Shown here: positions 9,848-20,727 of the stretch, one piece after another
Layout of the letters: every line of letters starts with the position of its first letter
How positions within the stretch are numbered: the first letter of the stretch is position 1
Source of the DNA: an uncultured virus (IMG/VR IMGVR_UViG_2643221865_000004)
Taxonomy: Duplodnaviria > Heunggongvirae > Uroviricota > Caudoviricetes
Direction: 5' to 3' (one strand)
Virus record (IMG/VR): IMGVR_UViG_2643221865_000004
Length of the DNA stretch: 64,000 bases
Program-made: the position numbers and the translations under genes
Notes under the pieces: model-generated
What the model was told of the DNA's origin: nothing
Seen by the model: the letters and a program-made list of their open reading frames with translations, nothing else
The model's database searches: none

Positions 9848-10506
9848 TCTATGCGCGAGCCGGAGTGCCGGCTGTCCACTTTCGACCTCTGATACCGAAA
9901 TCACCCAGCGTCACCACCGCCGGGTTACAGGTTCTCCCCTTATGGCTGCTGGGAAGAACCCTTACTACTACTACTGATTACCCAGTTACCAAGTTAACAA
10001 ATACCCCTTAAGGGAAAAGCAATATATCCGCTGGCTCTCTCCAGCTATATATCTATGGCCCCTAATACTTATGCATGCTGTTCCGGTGGGTAATTCGGGT
10101 ATCAAGGCTGTTTTTGCCCTTCTGATCTGCCTTTATACAGGTACCACGGGGTTGGTTACAGCTGGTGATCTGGGTGATTCTGGTCGGTTACGGACCGGTT
10201 TGTGCCGTCGCCGAAGTTGACAGCACCCTCGTTCGGGTGATATTCGCGCGCGCACGCGCGGGCGCGCGCGTTCCTACTTAATACGTGCACCCTGCCCCCA
10301 AGTCGGGGGTGATTCCGCATTTCAGGTGTAATGCGAGCGATCCTCACCGCTCCACACCTACGCGCACAGGCGCGCGACGCGCGCGTGATCACTACCTCCA
10401 TGTGCGGACGCGCGCCAATTTGCGCAGCACCCTGCACTGCTCCGCCTCCGCCACATGTCCTACGCGGACGCGTAAATGACAGCCGGCACTCCGGCTCGCG
10501 CATAGA
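9848..10506. repeat. Exact 29-bp inverted repeat (9848-9876 and 10478-10506) forming divergent promoters
   Basis: GACAGCCGGCACTCCGGCTCGCGCATAGA at 10478-10506 is the exact reverse complement of 9848-9876; each copy ends 6 nt before an ATG. Confidence 0.9.
9900..10330. other. Putative replication origin (AT-rich, GTTAC repeats)
   Basis: Most conspicuously AT-rich stretch in the window; GTTAC at 9924, 9985, 10155, 10187 and GTTAAC at 9993; lies between the primase-helicase and ParA-like genes. Confidence 0.6.
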
Positions 10507-10512
10507 ACCCCT

Positions 10513-12720
10513 ATGGACAACTTCACCCCGCCGACACTCGGCATCATCGAGCTGCCCGAGCTCAGCGAGCTCCTCCGCCAGCTCGGCTACCGGATCGTAT
10601 CCGGACCCAACTTCCAGAACGCCGCAGCCGCAGTCAAGGCAGAGATCGACTCCGCCAACGCACGCGGAGACGCCAACGGCAGCCGCTTCCCCGTCGTCAT
10701 CGCCGACGGCCGCAAGCCCGGCATCAAGGCGTGGACGCAGAAGCTCTCAGCCACCTCCCCGGTACTGATCCTCCGCGACGGCGACCCCCGCTCCCACTAC
10801 ATCATCGCGGAGGGCACCCGCGAGCTGAACCTCCCCGCCACCGTCGGCGAGATCCTCGGCTCCATCAACTTCCCCGTCCCTCAGGACGAGAAGCTCACCT
10901 GGTTGGTCGGGGTCGACGGTTCCGTCCGCCCGTCCAACGCTGCTCCCTCCCCCGCACCCGCATTCCCCGCGGCCACGACAGCAGCGCCCCTCCCCGAAGC
11001 CGCGCCGCAATTCCCGGCCGCAGCACCTGCGTTCCCCGGAACGGCGCCGTCCGCCCCCGGCTTCCCCGGAACTCCGGCCGCCGCAGAACGCGCCCCCTGG
11101 GACAACCGACCCGTGGCCGACGAGGCGTTCCACCAGCCGGAGGTCGATCCGTCCATGTTCGACCGTCCCGCTCAGACCATCTTCCCCGACGCACCGCAGG
11201 CAGCACCTGTTCAGCCGGCATGGGCCGTAGCCGACCAGGCAGCAGCGCCAGCACCGGCATGGGGTGTCCCGACAGCTCCCGCCGCCCCCGCAGCGCCGGT
11301 CGCACCTGCCCAGCCGGCCGTCCAGCCCGACTGGTCTGCCAACTCACCGGCCGGATGGCCGGCAGCCACGGCATCCTTCCCCGAAGAGGTTCCTGCACCG
11401 CAGGCGCCGGCTCCATTCGAGCCGCTCGCCCACGGACGACGCTCCCAGGAGCCGGACCAGACCTTCGACGGTTGGGCACAGCCCGCAGAGACAGCGGCAT
11501 CCTTCCCCGAAGCACCCGCGGCTCCCGCCACCCCGGCATGGGCTGCGCAGTTCGAAGCACCGGCCGCCGCTCAGCCGGCCGCACCCGCATGGGCTGCGAC
11601 GCCTGAGGCTGCTCCTGCCCCCTGGGTTCCCGAGCCGGCAGCGCCCGCACCGACGTTCCAGGCTCCCGCACCGGTCGCCGTTCCGTCCTTCACGTCACCG
11701 ATCGAGCAGCAGGCACCCGCCTGGGCTGCAGCAGCCGAGCCGGACTGGGCGAGCACTCCCGTGCAGCCGGCCGCACCCGCAGCACCGGCCTTCCAGGTTC
11801 CGGTGCCAGCAGCCCCTATCTACACGAACCCGGTCGAGCCGGAGATCTTCGAAGCAGCGGTAGTGAACCACGCCGGCGGCCCGGTTTCACCGATCATCTT
11901 CGACTGGGCGTACAAGGGCGGCGTCAACAAGACCAGCCTCAGCCTGCAGTTCGCCCACCGCGCTTCCGAGTGTGGGATGAAGGTCGTCCTCGTCGACATG
12001 AACCGCGGCCAGGGCGGTGTTCGCACCATGCTTCGCATCAGCGACGACGCTCCGATTCCATCCGCGTTCGACGCAGCCCAGACCGGCGACCCGTCAGCCG
12101 CGGTCGTCCTCCCGAACGACATGCAGCGCCATCGCGCGAACACACTCGCCCCGGTGCAGTTCGGCGTGGTGCTCGCACCGCCCCGTGCGGTAGCCAGCGC
12201 AGACGCCACTCCGTACACCGCTTACAAGAAGATCATCGATCACGCCCGCCGCACCGCGGATCTCGTCATCGTCGACACCCAGAACGTCGAAGCAACGGAC
12301 AACTCCGGACTCATCGACAAGGTCATGGTTCCGATGATGATCGAGGACGCCTGGGGTGTCGCGATCACCGAGTTCGGCAAGGAGTCCGTCGACAACCTCC
12401 TCGCAGCACTCGAGATGTACCAGAAGCGGGGGCTGGCGCGCGACCGGCAGCTGCTGACCGTCACCCGCGTCCAAGGCTTCACCCCGGACGACGCAAACGG
12501 TGTCGAGCGCAAGTTCGGACGCTACGCCCGGTTCGCCGGCACCACCACCGTGTCCTCCTACCTCAAGGACCAGCTGGACCGCGGGCAGATCATCTCCGAC
12601 GACCCCGCCGTCAGGCCGCTGCTCGACAACGTCCTGTTCCAGGTGACAGGCAACTCCGTCTTCGACGAATCCGCGCAGAAACCCAAGAAGCGCGGCCTGT
12701 TCGGAGGTGGCAAGCGATGA
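10513..12720 (+). CDS. ParA/MinD-family ATPase with N-terminal domain and long Pro/Ala-rich linker
   Basis: Deviant Walker A YKGGVNKTS, KVVLVDMN, DLVIVDT; MinD-like C-terminal KKRGLFG. Confidence 0.8.
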   Translation: MDNFTPPTLGIIELPELSELLRQLGYRIVSGPNFQNAAAAVKAEIDSANARGDANGSRFPVVIADGRKPGIKAWTQKLSATSPVLILRDGDPRSHYIIAEGTRELNLPATVGEILGSINFPVPQDEKLTWLVGVDGSVRPSNAAPSPAPAFPAATTAAPLPEAAPQFPAAAPAFPGTAPSAPGFPGTPAAAERAPWDNRPVADEAFHQPEVDPSMFDRPAQTIFPDAPQAAPVQPAWAVADQAAAPAPAWGVPTAPAAPAAPVAPAQPAVQPDWSANSPAGWPAATASFPEEVPAPQAPAPFEPLAHGRRSQEPDQTFDGWAQPAETAASFPEAPAAPATPAWAAQFEAPAAAQPAAPAWAATPEAAPAPWVPEPAAPAPTFQAPAPVAVPSFTSPIEQQAPAWAAAAEPDWASTPVQPAAPAAPAFQVPVPAAPIYTNPVEPEIFEAAVVNHAGGPVSPIIFDWAYKGGVNKTSLSLQFAHRASECGMKVVLVDMNRGQGGVRTMLRISDDAPIPSAFDAAQTGDPSAAVVLPNDMQRHRANTLAPVQFGVVLAPPRAVASADATPYTAYKKIIDHARRTADLVIVDTQNVEATDNSGLIDKVMVPMMIEDAWGVAITEFGKESVDNLLAALEMYQKRGLARDRQLLTVTRVQGFTPDDANGVERKFGRYARFAGTTTVSSYLKDQLDRGQIISDDPAVRPLLDNVLFQVTGNSVFDESAQKPKKRGLFGGGKR

Positions 12721-13727
12721 GATCCCGTGGATTCCCGCAGCTGCGCACCCTCATCGAGGGCATCGACCGCATCCTCATCGGCAAGACCGCTGAGCAGACA
12801 GACCCCGGCGTCCGGGAAGGCGTGAACTTCATCGTCCGCCTCCCGACCTGGACGGAGCTTCCTCCGGCGATCAACGTCGGCATGAAGGCGAAGAAGAACG
12901 AAGACCTCGTCCTTCCTGCCCGTATCGAGTGGAACGTCCCGCCGCTGGTAATGGTCACCCCCGGCGAGTCCGTCGAGGTCGAGTGGCGCATCACCAACAT
13001 GGGCCACCGCAAGAGCGGCACCATCACGCTGACCGAGCTCGGTCAGTCGGAGTTGATCCCCGGACAGCTCGACGGTGCGGTGATCGGCACGTTCTCGTCC
13101 CGCGACCTGAACCGGAAGCTGACGAAGCTCGTCACCGACGGGCAGTCCGCGAAGTGGGAGGTGCTGAACTCCTTCGAGGAGTACACCCGCTCGAAGATCA
13201 CCGAGGCTTCCAGGATCCTGGCGCAGGAGTTCTCAGAGCTCTCTGGCCGCTCAATCCCGGGAGTCCTCGACGAGAACGCCATCGACGCACTCCTCGCGGA
13301 GATGCTCTTCGGTGAGCGTGAATCGAAGAAGGACAGCTCGATTGTCTCCCGGATGGTTGACAAGGCTCTCGACCCGAACGCGTTCAACGACTACGACCCG
13401 GCTCGGTTCTTCACTCTCAACTTGAAAGCCCGAGCGCTCGGAGAAGTCAAGCGCGTCATCGGCGACCCGCACATCGGACCAAAGATCCGACGGGTTCACC
13501 GCATGAGTGGGGCCACGACAATCGAAGCGGTTGTCGCGGCGTACAACGAACAGTACCCGAAGGAGCACCTCGGCGCAAAACGGGCGATGGCTGCCCTGAC
13601 GGCCGGCCACCAGCTCGAGGTGATGGCCGGAGCACTCGCTCCCGACGACGAACTCCGCGACTGGGCCCAGTCCGAACTCGACGCGGTCGAGCCGGATGAG
13701 ACTCCCGAGACGGAGTCCGACGCATGA
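12717..13727 (+). CDS. Hypothetical protein, possibly a second divergent sigma-like or DNA-binding factor
   Basis: ATGA overlap with the ParA-like gene; helical C-terminal half (FFTLNLKARALGEVKRVIGDPHIGPKIRR). Function is speculative. Confidence 0.6.
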   Translation: MRSRGFPQLRTLIEGIDRILIGKTAEQTDPGVREGVNFIVRLPTWTELPPAINVGMKAKKNEDLVLPARIEWNVPPLVMVTPGESVEVEWRITNMGHRKSGTITLTELGQSELIPGQLDGAVIGTFSSRDLNRKLTKLVTDGQSAKWEVLNSFEEYTRSKITEASRILAQEFSELSGRSIPGVLDENAIDALLAEMLFGERESKKDSSIVSRMVDKALDPNAFNDYDPARFFTLNLKARALGEVKRVIGDPHIGPKIRRVHRMSGATTIEAVVAAYNEQYPKEHLGAKRAMAALTAGHQLEVMAGALAPDDELRDWAQSELDAVEPDETPETESDA

Positions 13728-14167
13728 GCGCGCCGGTGACTTCGCTCGCTGACGCGAAGACCGCACGGGTCGCTGCGGACCACGAACGAGCCGAGTGGCT
13801 CGTGTCTCTGGCGGACGGGTTCAACTCCCAGGCGGACCTCTTCCAGCGTGCCGGAACACTCGGCGGGCGACCCCTGCTGCGCATCCCGTTGCGTCAGGTT
13901 CTGCTCGCCACGAAGGGCATCGGAGACCAGAAGGCGGCGCACATCTTGGCGCGCGTCCAGACGGTCCTCGGGGTCAAGATCCCGGTCCGAAAGATGACGG
14001 TCGGCTGGCTCCTGGACTCCCGCGCCGGCGGCCGCCGAGCGATGGCGTGGCAGGACGTGACGACCTCTCTGCGGTCAGAACCGTGGCCCGGCTTCCCCTA
14101 TTCTTCTCGGCTCGTAAACGCCGTTGGGGGACATCAGTCCTCCGCAAACCGAGGAGAACACCTGTGA
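13724..14167 (+). CDS. mIHF-like (H2TH) nucleoid-associated protein
   Basis: IPLRQVLLATKGIGDQKAAHIL resembles the actinobacterial IHF/S13-like H2TH motif; ATGA-coupled. Confidence 0.65.
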   Translation: MSAPVTSLADAKTARVAADHERAEWLVSLADGFNSQADLFQRAGTLGGRPLLRIPLRQVLLATKGIGDQKAAHILARVQTVLGVKIPVRKMTVGWLLDSRAGGRRAMAWQDVTTSLRSEPWPGFPYSSRLVNAVGGHQSSANRGEHL

Positions 14168-15045
14168 GCATCGACGTCGCGACCTATTTCGCTGAGCGCA
14201 TCGAATCCCTGCGCGGTCTGGATGGGGGACACCGCCAGATCGGCTCGTCTCCGCTGGAACGCGGGGTCCACCGTGTGCTGCGTGATTTCAACGGTCACAT
14301 TTGGGGGTGGTCGAACCAGGCGTGCCGCGCGCACGGTGACCGCGACCTGCTGTTCGCCGAGGATGTGCGCAGCACCATCTCGCTGAAAGTGTGGCAGGCG
14401 ATCATGAAGGAGCTGACTGACCCGGCCGATCCGGCGATTGTCAACTATTACTCCTACTTTCAGAAAATCGCTCAGCGCACTGCGTTCGCGTTTTTCCACA
14501 CGTCGGAGCGGTCCGGATTCAGCAACGTGAACGGTGCGTTGCGCCGCACGTCGAAGATCAACAAGACCCGCGGCGAGATGACCATTTCGATGGGCCGTGA
14601 GCCGTCGGACGAAGAGGTCGTTGCGGAGGTGAACCGGGTCATGCACGAGACCCGGAAGAACCCGGAGAAGCAGGGTGCCCTGGTCAGCCTTCAGGATGTG
14701 CGTGTTGCCACGTCTTCATCGCTTGACGGCATGGTCGCCGAGTACGGCGATTCGATCTGGGAGCCCGTCGTTCACGACGAGGCCGAGCTGTCCTCTGTCG
14801 AAGCTCCGTCGTTGATCGAGAGGATCATCGATGAGTGTTTCGACGAGTCTTCGGAGCTGGGCGAGATCGCTCAGCTGTGGATCGGGAACGCTGTTTCCGA
14901 GCCGCCGGTGATCCGTACGGAGGTGGAGATTCGTGATCTCGTGTCCCCGAGGGTGGCGTCTGTTGCTGCGCTGATGATCGAGGTGAAGGAAGTGGCACAG
15001 CGTGTGTGCATCGACGACTTCGGCATCGACTCTCCCTTTCTCTGA
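14164..15045 (+). CDS. Divergent sigma-70-family factor
   Basis: GTG 14164 with GAGGAG RBS and GTGA overlap. Region 2-like NYYSYFQKIAQRTAFAFF, region 3 signature MGREPSDEEVVAE, region 3.2-like SSLD. Confidence 0.65.
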   Translation: MSIDVATYFAERIESLRGLDGGHRQIGSSPLERGVHRVLRDFNGHIWGWSNQACRAHGDRDLLFAEDVRSTISLKVWQAIMKELTDPADPAIVNYYSYFQKIAQRTAFAFFHTSERSGFSNVNGALRRTSKINKTRGEMTISMGREPSDEEVVAEVNRVMHETRKNPEKQGALVSLQDVRVATSSSLDGMVAEYGDSIWEPVVHDEAELSSVEAPSLIERIIDECFDESSELGEIAQLWIGNAVSEPPVIRTEVEIRDLVSPRVASVAALMIEVKEVAQRVCIDDFGIDSPFL

Positions 15046-15049
15046 TCAT

Positions 15050-15296
15050 TCCGGTCATCACTGACCGGGTCCCGTCACCCACTAACTGGGGGCGGGATTC
15101 ATCATGCCCGACAGAAGCCGGGAAAACAAATCGCCCCCGAAAGGGGTGAAGCTCGTGGTGTAACCGCTTCGTTGCGGGCACGAGTACATAACTTACACCC
15201 CCACAGCGAGGGTAAGTCAAATCAGCCCCGGAAAGGGGGCGCGCAGGGGTGTAACGACGAGGCGGGTCAAGCCGGCCTGCGCATTACACCCCCCCG
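15050..15296 (+). ncRNA. Structured element with two tandem hairpin-plus-pseudoknot units
   Basis: Units 15127-15202 and 15218-15295 share CAAATC, a GCCCC..GAAA..GGGG hairpin and GGTGTAA/TTACACC pairing, with different but complementary P1 stems. G-U pairs favour a + strand RNA. Confidence 0.6.
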
Positions 15297-15303
15297 ATCG
15301 GGA

Positions 15304-15717
15304 TTACGCCTCGGCGGGGTAGAAGACCGCGACGCCCTTGGAGTTCTCCAGCACCTCCACGTAGGGCTCGACGTCGCCGAACTCCTCATTCAGGGCCGAG
15401 TGCGGGTTGCCCTGCTCCTTCGCGTACTCCTCCTCGGAGGCGTACGTCTCGAACAGCCACTCCCCGAACTCCGCGTCGTCCGCCTGCGGGTTCCACGACT
15501 GGAACAGCTGCTTCGCCTCCAGGTACGTGTCCGAGGAGCTGATCGCAGCGCGCTGCTCGTTGTGGCCGAAGCCCTCATAGCCGTCGGTGACAGCAAGGGA
15601 GAACTCAGGAGCGTCGGAGCGCAGGTGCTCAGGGATCGGCTCGAACTGCTTCGTGAACGGGTTGCGGTGCTGGTCGCGGAGGTGGGCCTTGGCTGGGTCG
15701 ATGGTGAGGTTGCTCAT
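15304..15717 (-). CDS. Hypothetical protein
   Basis: Acidic ORF with a coding-like codon pattern; CACACCTA-N6-ATG upstream. Confidence 0.75.
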   Translation of the reverse strand: MSNLTIDPAKAHLRDQHRNPFTKQFEPIPEHLRSDAPEFSLAVTDGYEGFGHNEQRAAISSSDTYLEAKQLFQSWNPQADDAEFGEWLFETYASEEEYAKEQGNPHSALNEEFGDVEPYVEVLENSKGVAVFYPAEA

Positions 15718-15737
15718 ACCACCTAGGTGTGCGGCTG

Positions 15738-15980
15738 CTACGAGCCCGGGTTCAGTCGCTCTCTGATCTCGCGGGCCTTCTCCAGCAGGGCGATGACAGT
15801 GTCCAGCTGGTGCGGGAAGATCGCCACGTACTGACCTTCGTCGCCGTTATCGACGAGCTGGACGACACCGTCGCCGTTGTCGTCGATCGCGACCACCACC
15901 GCGAAGTCCTCAGGATCGCCGCTATCGATCGTGGTGCGGGTGACGATCTTCGTCTGCACCTCGTACGTGTTCACGCTCAT
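15738..15980 (-). CDS. Hypothetical protein (80 aa)
   Basis: GGGAG RBS; CGCCACATG at 16019. Confidence 0.75.
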   Translation of the reverse strand: MSVNTYEVQTKIVTRTTIDSGDPEDFAVVVAIDDNGDGVVQLVDNGDEGQYVAIFPHQLDTVIALLEKAREIRERLNPGS

Positions 15981-16039
15981 TTGGACTCCCCCGGTGTTGT
16001 GCTGATGTAGGGGTTAGACATGTGGCGAGGCAGCGCCAG

Positions 16040-17377
16040 TCACATCGCCTTCATGAGCTCGTCGACCTCGATGACGGAGGATGCGATGTATGAGTTGATT
16101 CGAGCGACATGGTCCAGGTGGGTGTCAATGAGGCGTTTGCCGACGCTCATCCCGTTGTCCATGACCCGGGTCCTGTACGCGATCCTCTGGGCGCCTTCGC
16201 CGGCGACCACGTTTCCCTGGTGGATCTCGCCATATGCACCGCGGACCTTCTGGTGCAGCCCTGTCAACGTCGCCTTGTCTGCACCGTCGGCGTACTGTTC
16301 GAGGAACTCGGCTGCCGCCTTCTCCAACTTCTTGTCGTTCTCGGCGAACTGCGCCTGGATGGTGTCGACGATGGCGACGACGGTCCGCGGCTCGGCGTTC
16401 TTGTTCCCGACGACATTCATCTTCGCCTGGTAGCCGCCGTGGGTCGCCGCGAGCTCCAGTGTGGCTGCGTTAGCCTCTCGGGAGTGTCCGATCGCGGCCG
16501 CGAGCTCCTGGTTGACGGGGTGGCCGGCGCGGAGTTCAGCGTTCGCGATGGTCCAGAGCGCTCCGGTGCCAGCCTGGTGGATGGCGCGGAGCTTCGACTC
16601 TCGCGACCCGGCGGGGTCATAGACGGCCGGCCCGATCTTCGAGGCGCTGACCATGTAGCGCATCTCCGTGGCGGGGTTGCCGTCGTCGTCGAGTTCCTGG
16701 ATGACGATCTCGCCGGTCGCTTCATCGGTGTACGTCTTCTTGTGCTTGCCGGCCAGGGACACCCAGGAGCCGTCGATCGCGACTGCTCCTTCGGTTCGGC
16801 TGTCGGTCACGGCTCGAGGGATTCCGATCATCCGGTTCCGGGTGATGGCTGTCGGCTCTCCGTTGGTGAAGCCGACGTGGGAGGTGAGGATGACGGTGCC
16901 GGCCTCCTTCAGTGCGGCGAACGCCTTGGTCTTGGGGAGGTCGGTGAGCGGGTTCCGGACGGGCTCGTCCACCGGGGCGGGCGCTTCAGGCTCGTCCCAC
17001 GACATCGGCTTCGGGAAGTCTTCGTCGTGGTAGCTGTCCTGGTCGTCGAAGCGGTGGCCGGTCTGTGCTGCGATAGCGGCGATGACCAGGTTGTGGTCGC
17101 CGGAGTTGAGCATCGACGCGGACAGGTTCGATACGGCGAGCGGGTGCTCGGCAAGCAGTCGCTCGGCGACCTTGTCTGCCGGCAGGAGAGCACCGTCCCA
17201 GAGGTAGTCGTTGATGTTGTCGACGGCGACGTAGTTGGCCTTGATGTCGTCGGCGGAGATCTTGTCGGTGAGGAATCCCGGGGTGTTGAAGTAGACGGCG
17301 AACCGTCCGGCGTTACCGCCCCATCCGAGGTCTCCTCGGCGCATCAGTGTGGCGCCGTTCTGCATCTGGTATTCCAT
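16040..17377 (-). CDS. Hypothetical protein (445 aa)
   Basis: Long ORF; CACACCTA-N6-ATG upstream; N-terminal GNAGRFA motif. Confidence 0.8.
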   Translation of the reverse strand: MEYQMQNGATLMRRGDLGWGGNAGRFAVYFNTPGFLTDKISADDIKANYVAVDNINDYLWDGALLPADKVAERLLAEHPLAVSNLSASMLNSGDHNLVIAAIAAQTGHRFDDQDSYHDEDFPKPMSWDEPEAPAPVDEPVRNPLTDLPKTKAFAALKEAGTVILTSHVGFTNGEPTAITRNRMIGIPRAVTDSRTEGAVAIDGSWVSLAGKHKKTYTDEATGEIVIQELDDDGNPATEMRYMVSASKIGPAVYDPAGSRESKLRAIHQAGTGALWTIANAELRAGHPVNQELAAAIGHSREANAATLELAATHGGYQAKMNVVGNKNAEPRTVVAIVDTIQAQFAENDKKLEKAAAEFLEQYADGADKATLTGLHQKVRGAYGEIHQGNVVAGEGAQRIAYRTRVMDNGMSVGKRLIDTHLDHVARINSYIASSVIEVDELMKAM

Positions 17378-17399
17378 GCAGAGTAGGTGTGTGGCTTGG

Positions 17400-17828
17400 C
17401 TACCGGCCGAGGGTCTGGTGCAGGCCCATCCGCAGGAGCTCTGCCTTGAGGCTCTCCTTGCCGCTCAGTGCGGCCAGGGTCTGTGATGTGAGAGCTGCGA
17501 ACGCCTTGCGACTGCCGGAGAGGTAGGTGAACCCTCGGGGCCCTGTCGCCCAATGCCGGAGGGCGTCGTCTCCGAGCTCGTGCAGCGCCCAACCGAACAC
17601 CGGTCCCGCAAGCCAGACGGTCTCGCCTGCAGCGATCGGGGCTCGGCCGTCCAGTCGCCAGACGAACTCCTCATCGGAGGGGTGGAGCGGCTGAAGGCTG
17701 GCGCGTGTCCAGTTGAGTCCTGCCGCCACGAACTCCCGGCCGCCGATCGAGAGGACCGGGGTTCGCTCCGTGAGTCGGTGCTCGTCTCCGACGATGTCGC
17801 CGACGAATCCGGTCAGACTGGCCCTCAT
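17400..17828 (-). CDS. Hypothetical protein
   Basis: Starts 2 nt after the lytic transglycosylase stop. Confidence 0.6.
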   Translation of the reverse strand: MRASLTGFVGDIVGDEHRLTERTPVLSIGGREFVAAGLNWTRASLQPLHPSDEEFVWRLDGRAPIAAGETVWLAGPVFGWALHELGDDALRHWATGPRGFTYLSGSRKAFAALTSQTLAALSGKESLKAELLRMGLHQTLGR

Positions 17829-17830
17829 GC

Positions 17831-18496
17831 TCAGTACCAGCCGGAGGACTCAGAGTGAGCCCATGCACCGCAAGGGTCTCCGTAGCGCTCCTGGATGTAG
17901 CCGAGCCCCCAGATGATCTGGGTGGCCGGGTTAGTCTCCCAGTCGGCGCCGGCGGAGGCCATCTTGCTGCCAGGCAGCGACTGCGGGATCCCGTACGCGC
18001 CTGACGAGCTGTTGCTCGCGGCGGCGTTCCAACCGGACTCCCGGTCCCAGAGGGCGACAAGGCATCCGAACTGGTCCTCGCCCCAGCCGCGGGGAGCCAT
18101 CATGTCGTGGGCGATCGCCTGCGCACTGCCCGGGTCGGGGGCGAACACCGGCGGGGCCGCGTAGATGGCGACCGGATCCGGCTCGGGCGATGGTACCGGC
18201 TCGGGCTTGGGCGCAGGTGGCGGCGGTGGCGGTGGGACGTAGGCGACGACGGTGTAGTTGTCGCGCACCACCTCGGTCGGCGCGGCGCCGGTCGGGACGG
18301 TGATCGTCTGCAGTGGTCCGTGGTCGACGGTCGCGACGGTGGTCGGCTGCGAGGGCGCAGCGAACGCCATGGGGGCGAGGGCGATGGTGGCGCCGAATAG
18401 GGCGACTGCTGCCAGCGCGCCAGCTTTTCTGGGGTTCACTGCGGGTGCCGGGCGGCGGCTTGTGGTGACGGCGCGGTGCCGTGAGGTTGAGGGCAT
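17831..18496 (-). CDS. Secreted lytic transglycosylase (SLT/lysozyme-like)
   Basis: CLVALWDRESGWN...GAYGIPQSLPGSKMASAG.DW.TNP.TQI.WGL.YI..RY; signal peptide and Pro linker. Start uncertain. Confidence 0.85.
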   Translation of the reverse strand: MPSTSRHRAVTTSRRPAPAVNPRKAGALAAVALFGATIALAPMAFAAPSQPTTVATVDHGPLQTITVPTGAAPTEVVRDNYTVVAYVPPPPPPPAPKPEPVPSPEPDPVAIYAAPPVFAPDPGSAQAIAHDMMAPRGWGEDQFGCLVALWDRESGWNAAASNSSSGAYGIPQSLPGSKMASAGADWETNPATQIIWGLGYIQERYGDPCGAWAHSESSGWY

Positions 18497-18565
18497 GAAG
18501 TCTGCTTCCGGTCGCGGGGACGCCTCGGCGTGTTCTGTCTGTTGTGTGGGCATGTGGCGGAAGGC

Positions 18566-18591
18566 GGGTGCCCCGCCTAAGCGGGGCACCC
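18566..18591. terminator. GC-rich hairpin downstream of nrdF
   Basis: GGGTGCCCCGC-CTAA-GCGGGGCACCC perfect stem. Confidence 0.55.
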
Positions 18592-18694
18592 TTGGTGGCC
18601 AACGATTTGGGTCGGTCAGCTTTGGTGGGCGATGCTATTGAGAATTGTTCGCAATAGGAATCTGAAGTCCCAATCGCTGTCCCCCAAATGGGGG

Positions 18695-20148
<1,454 letters not shown>

Positions 20149-20238
20149 GGAGGCTTTCTGTGGCGGGAGGTCGGGGTCTGAAAGACATGTGGCAAAGCTC
20201 GCCTGGTGTCTGCTGACCTGGACCTTGTAGGTGTGTGG

Positions 20239-20727
20239 CTACGCGGCGTCCACGACGGAGCGGCGTGTCCCCGCGAGGACGGCGGCCAGGTCGATGTACC
20301 AGGCGGTCGGATCGTCGGCGAACCCGGGGACCAGGCGGATGACGAGGTCGGAGTCGACGGCGGCGAAGTCGTCGACGGTCTGGCGGGTGACGTAGGCGGA
20401 GAGCAGTCCGAGCCCGACATCGGCGACGGTGGATGCTCCGCCGTCCCAGTCGCTCAGGTACGCGGCGGCGTTCTCCGCCGCAACCTCGGCAACCTTTCCG
20501 GAGTGGGTCTCGAGCGCCCAGATCTGCGGGTAGATGTCACGGATGCTGACGTGATTACCGGCGGCCTCCGCGACGGTGTTGGTGAGGGCGAGTGCCGTTG
20601 CGCGGTCAGTGTCGATGTAGTCGAGGCCTGTCGCTGCGGCAGCCAGAAGGTCGCGGATGTACTCGGGAGCGTCGGTGGCGCCGGCTTCAGCGAGACGTCC
20701 GGCGATGGTGCGAGGGAATGCAGTCAT
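20239..20727 (-). CDS. Hypothetical protein
   Basis: Preceded by the GCAGCCGGC..CGCGCATAGA motif, as in the replication genes. Confidence 0.75.
   Translation of the reverse strand: MTAFPRTIAGRLAEAGATDAPEYIRDLLAAAATGLDYIDTDRATALALTNTVAEAAGNHVSIRDIYPQIWALETHSGKVAEVAAENAAAYLSDWDGGASTVADVGLGLLSAYVTRQTVDDFAAVDSDLVIRLVPGFADDPTAWYIDLAAVLAGTRRSVVDAA

Noticed and set aside
15050..15296. tmRNA, c-di-GMP-I riboswitch, twister or HDV ribozyme identity for the structured element
   Set aside because: Only fragmentary resemblance; there is no acceptor/T-arm or tag ORF, and the conserved cores and helix order do not match.
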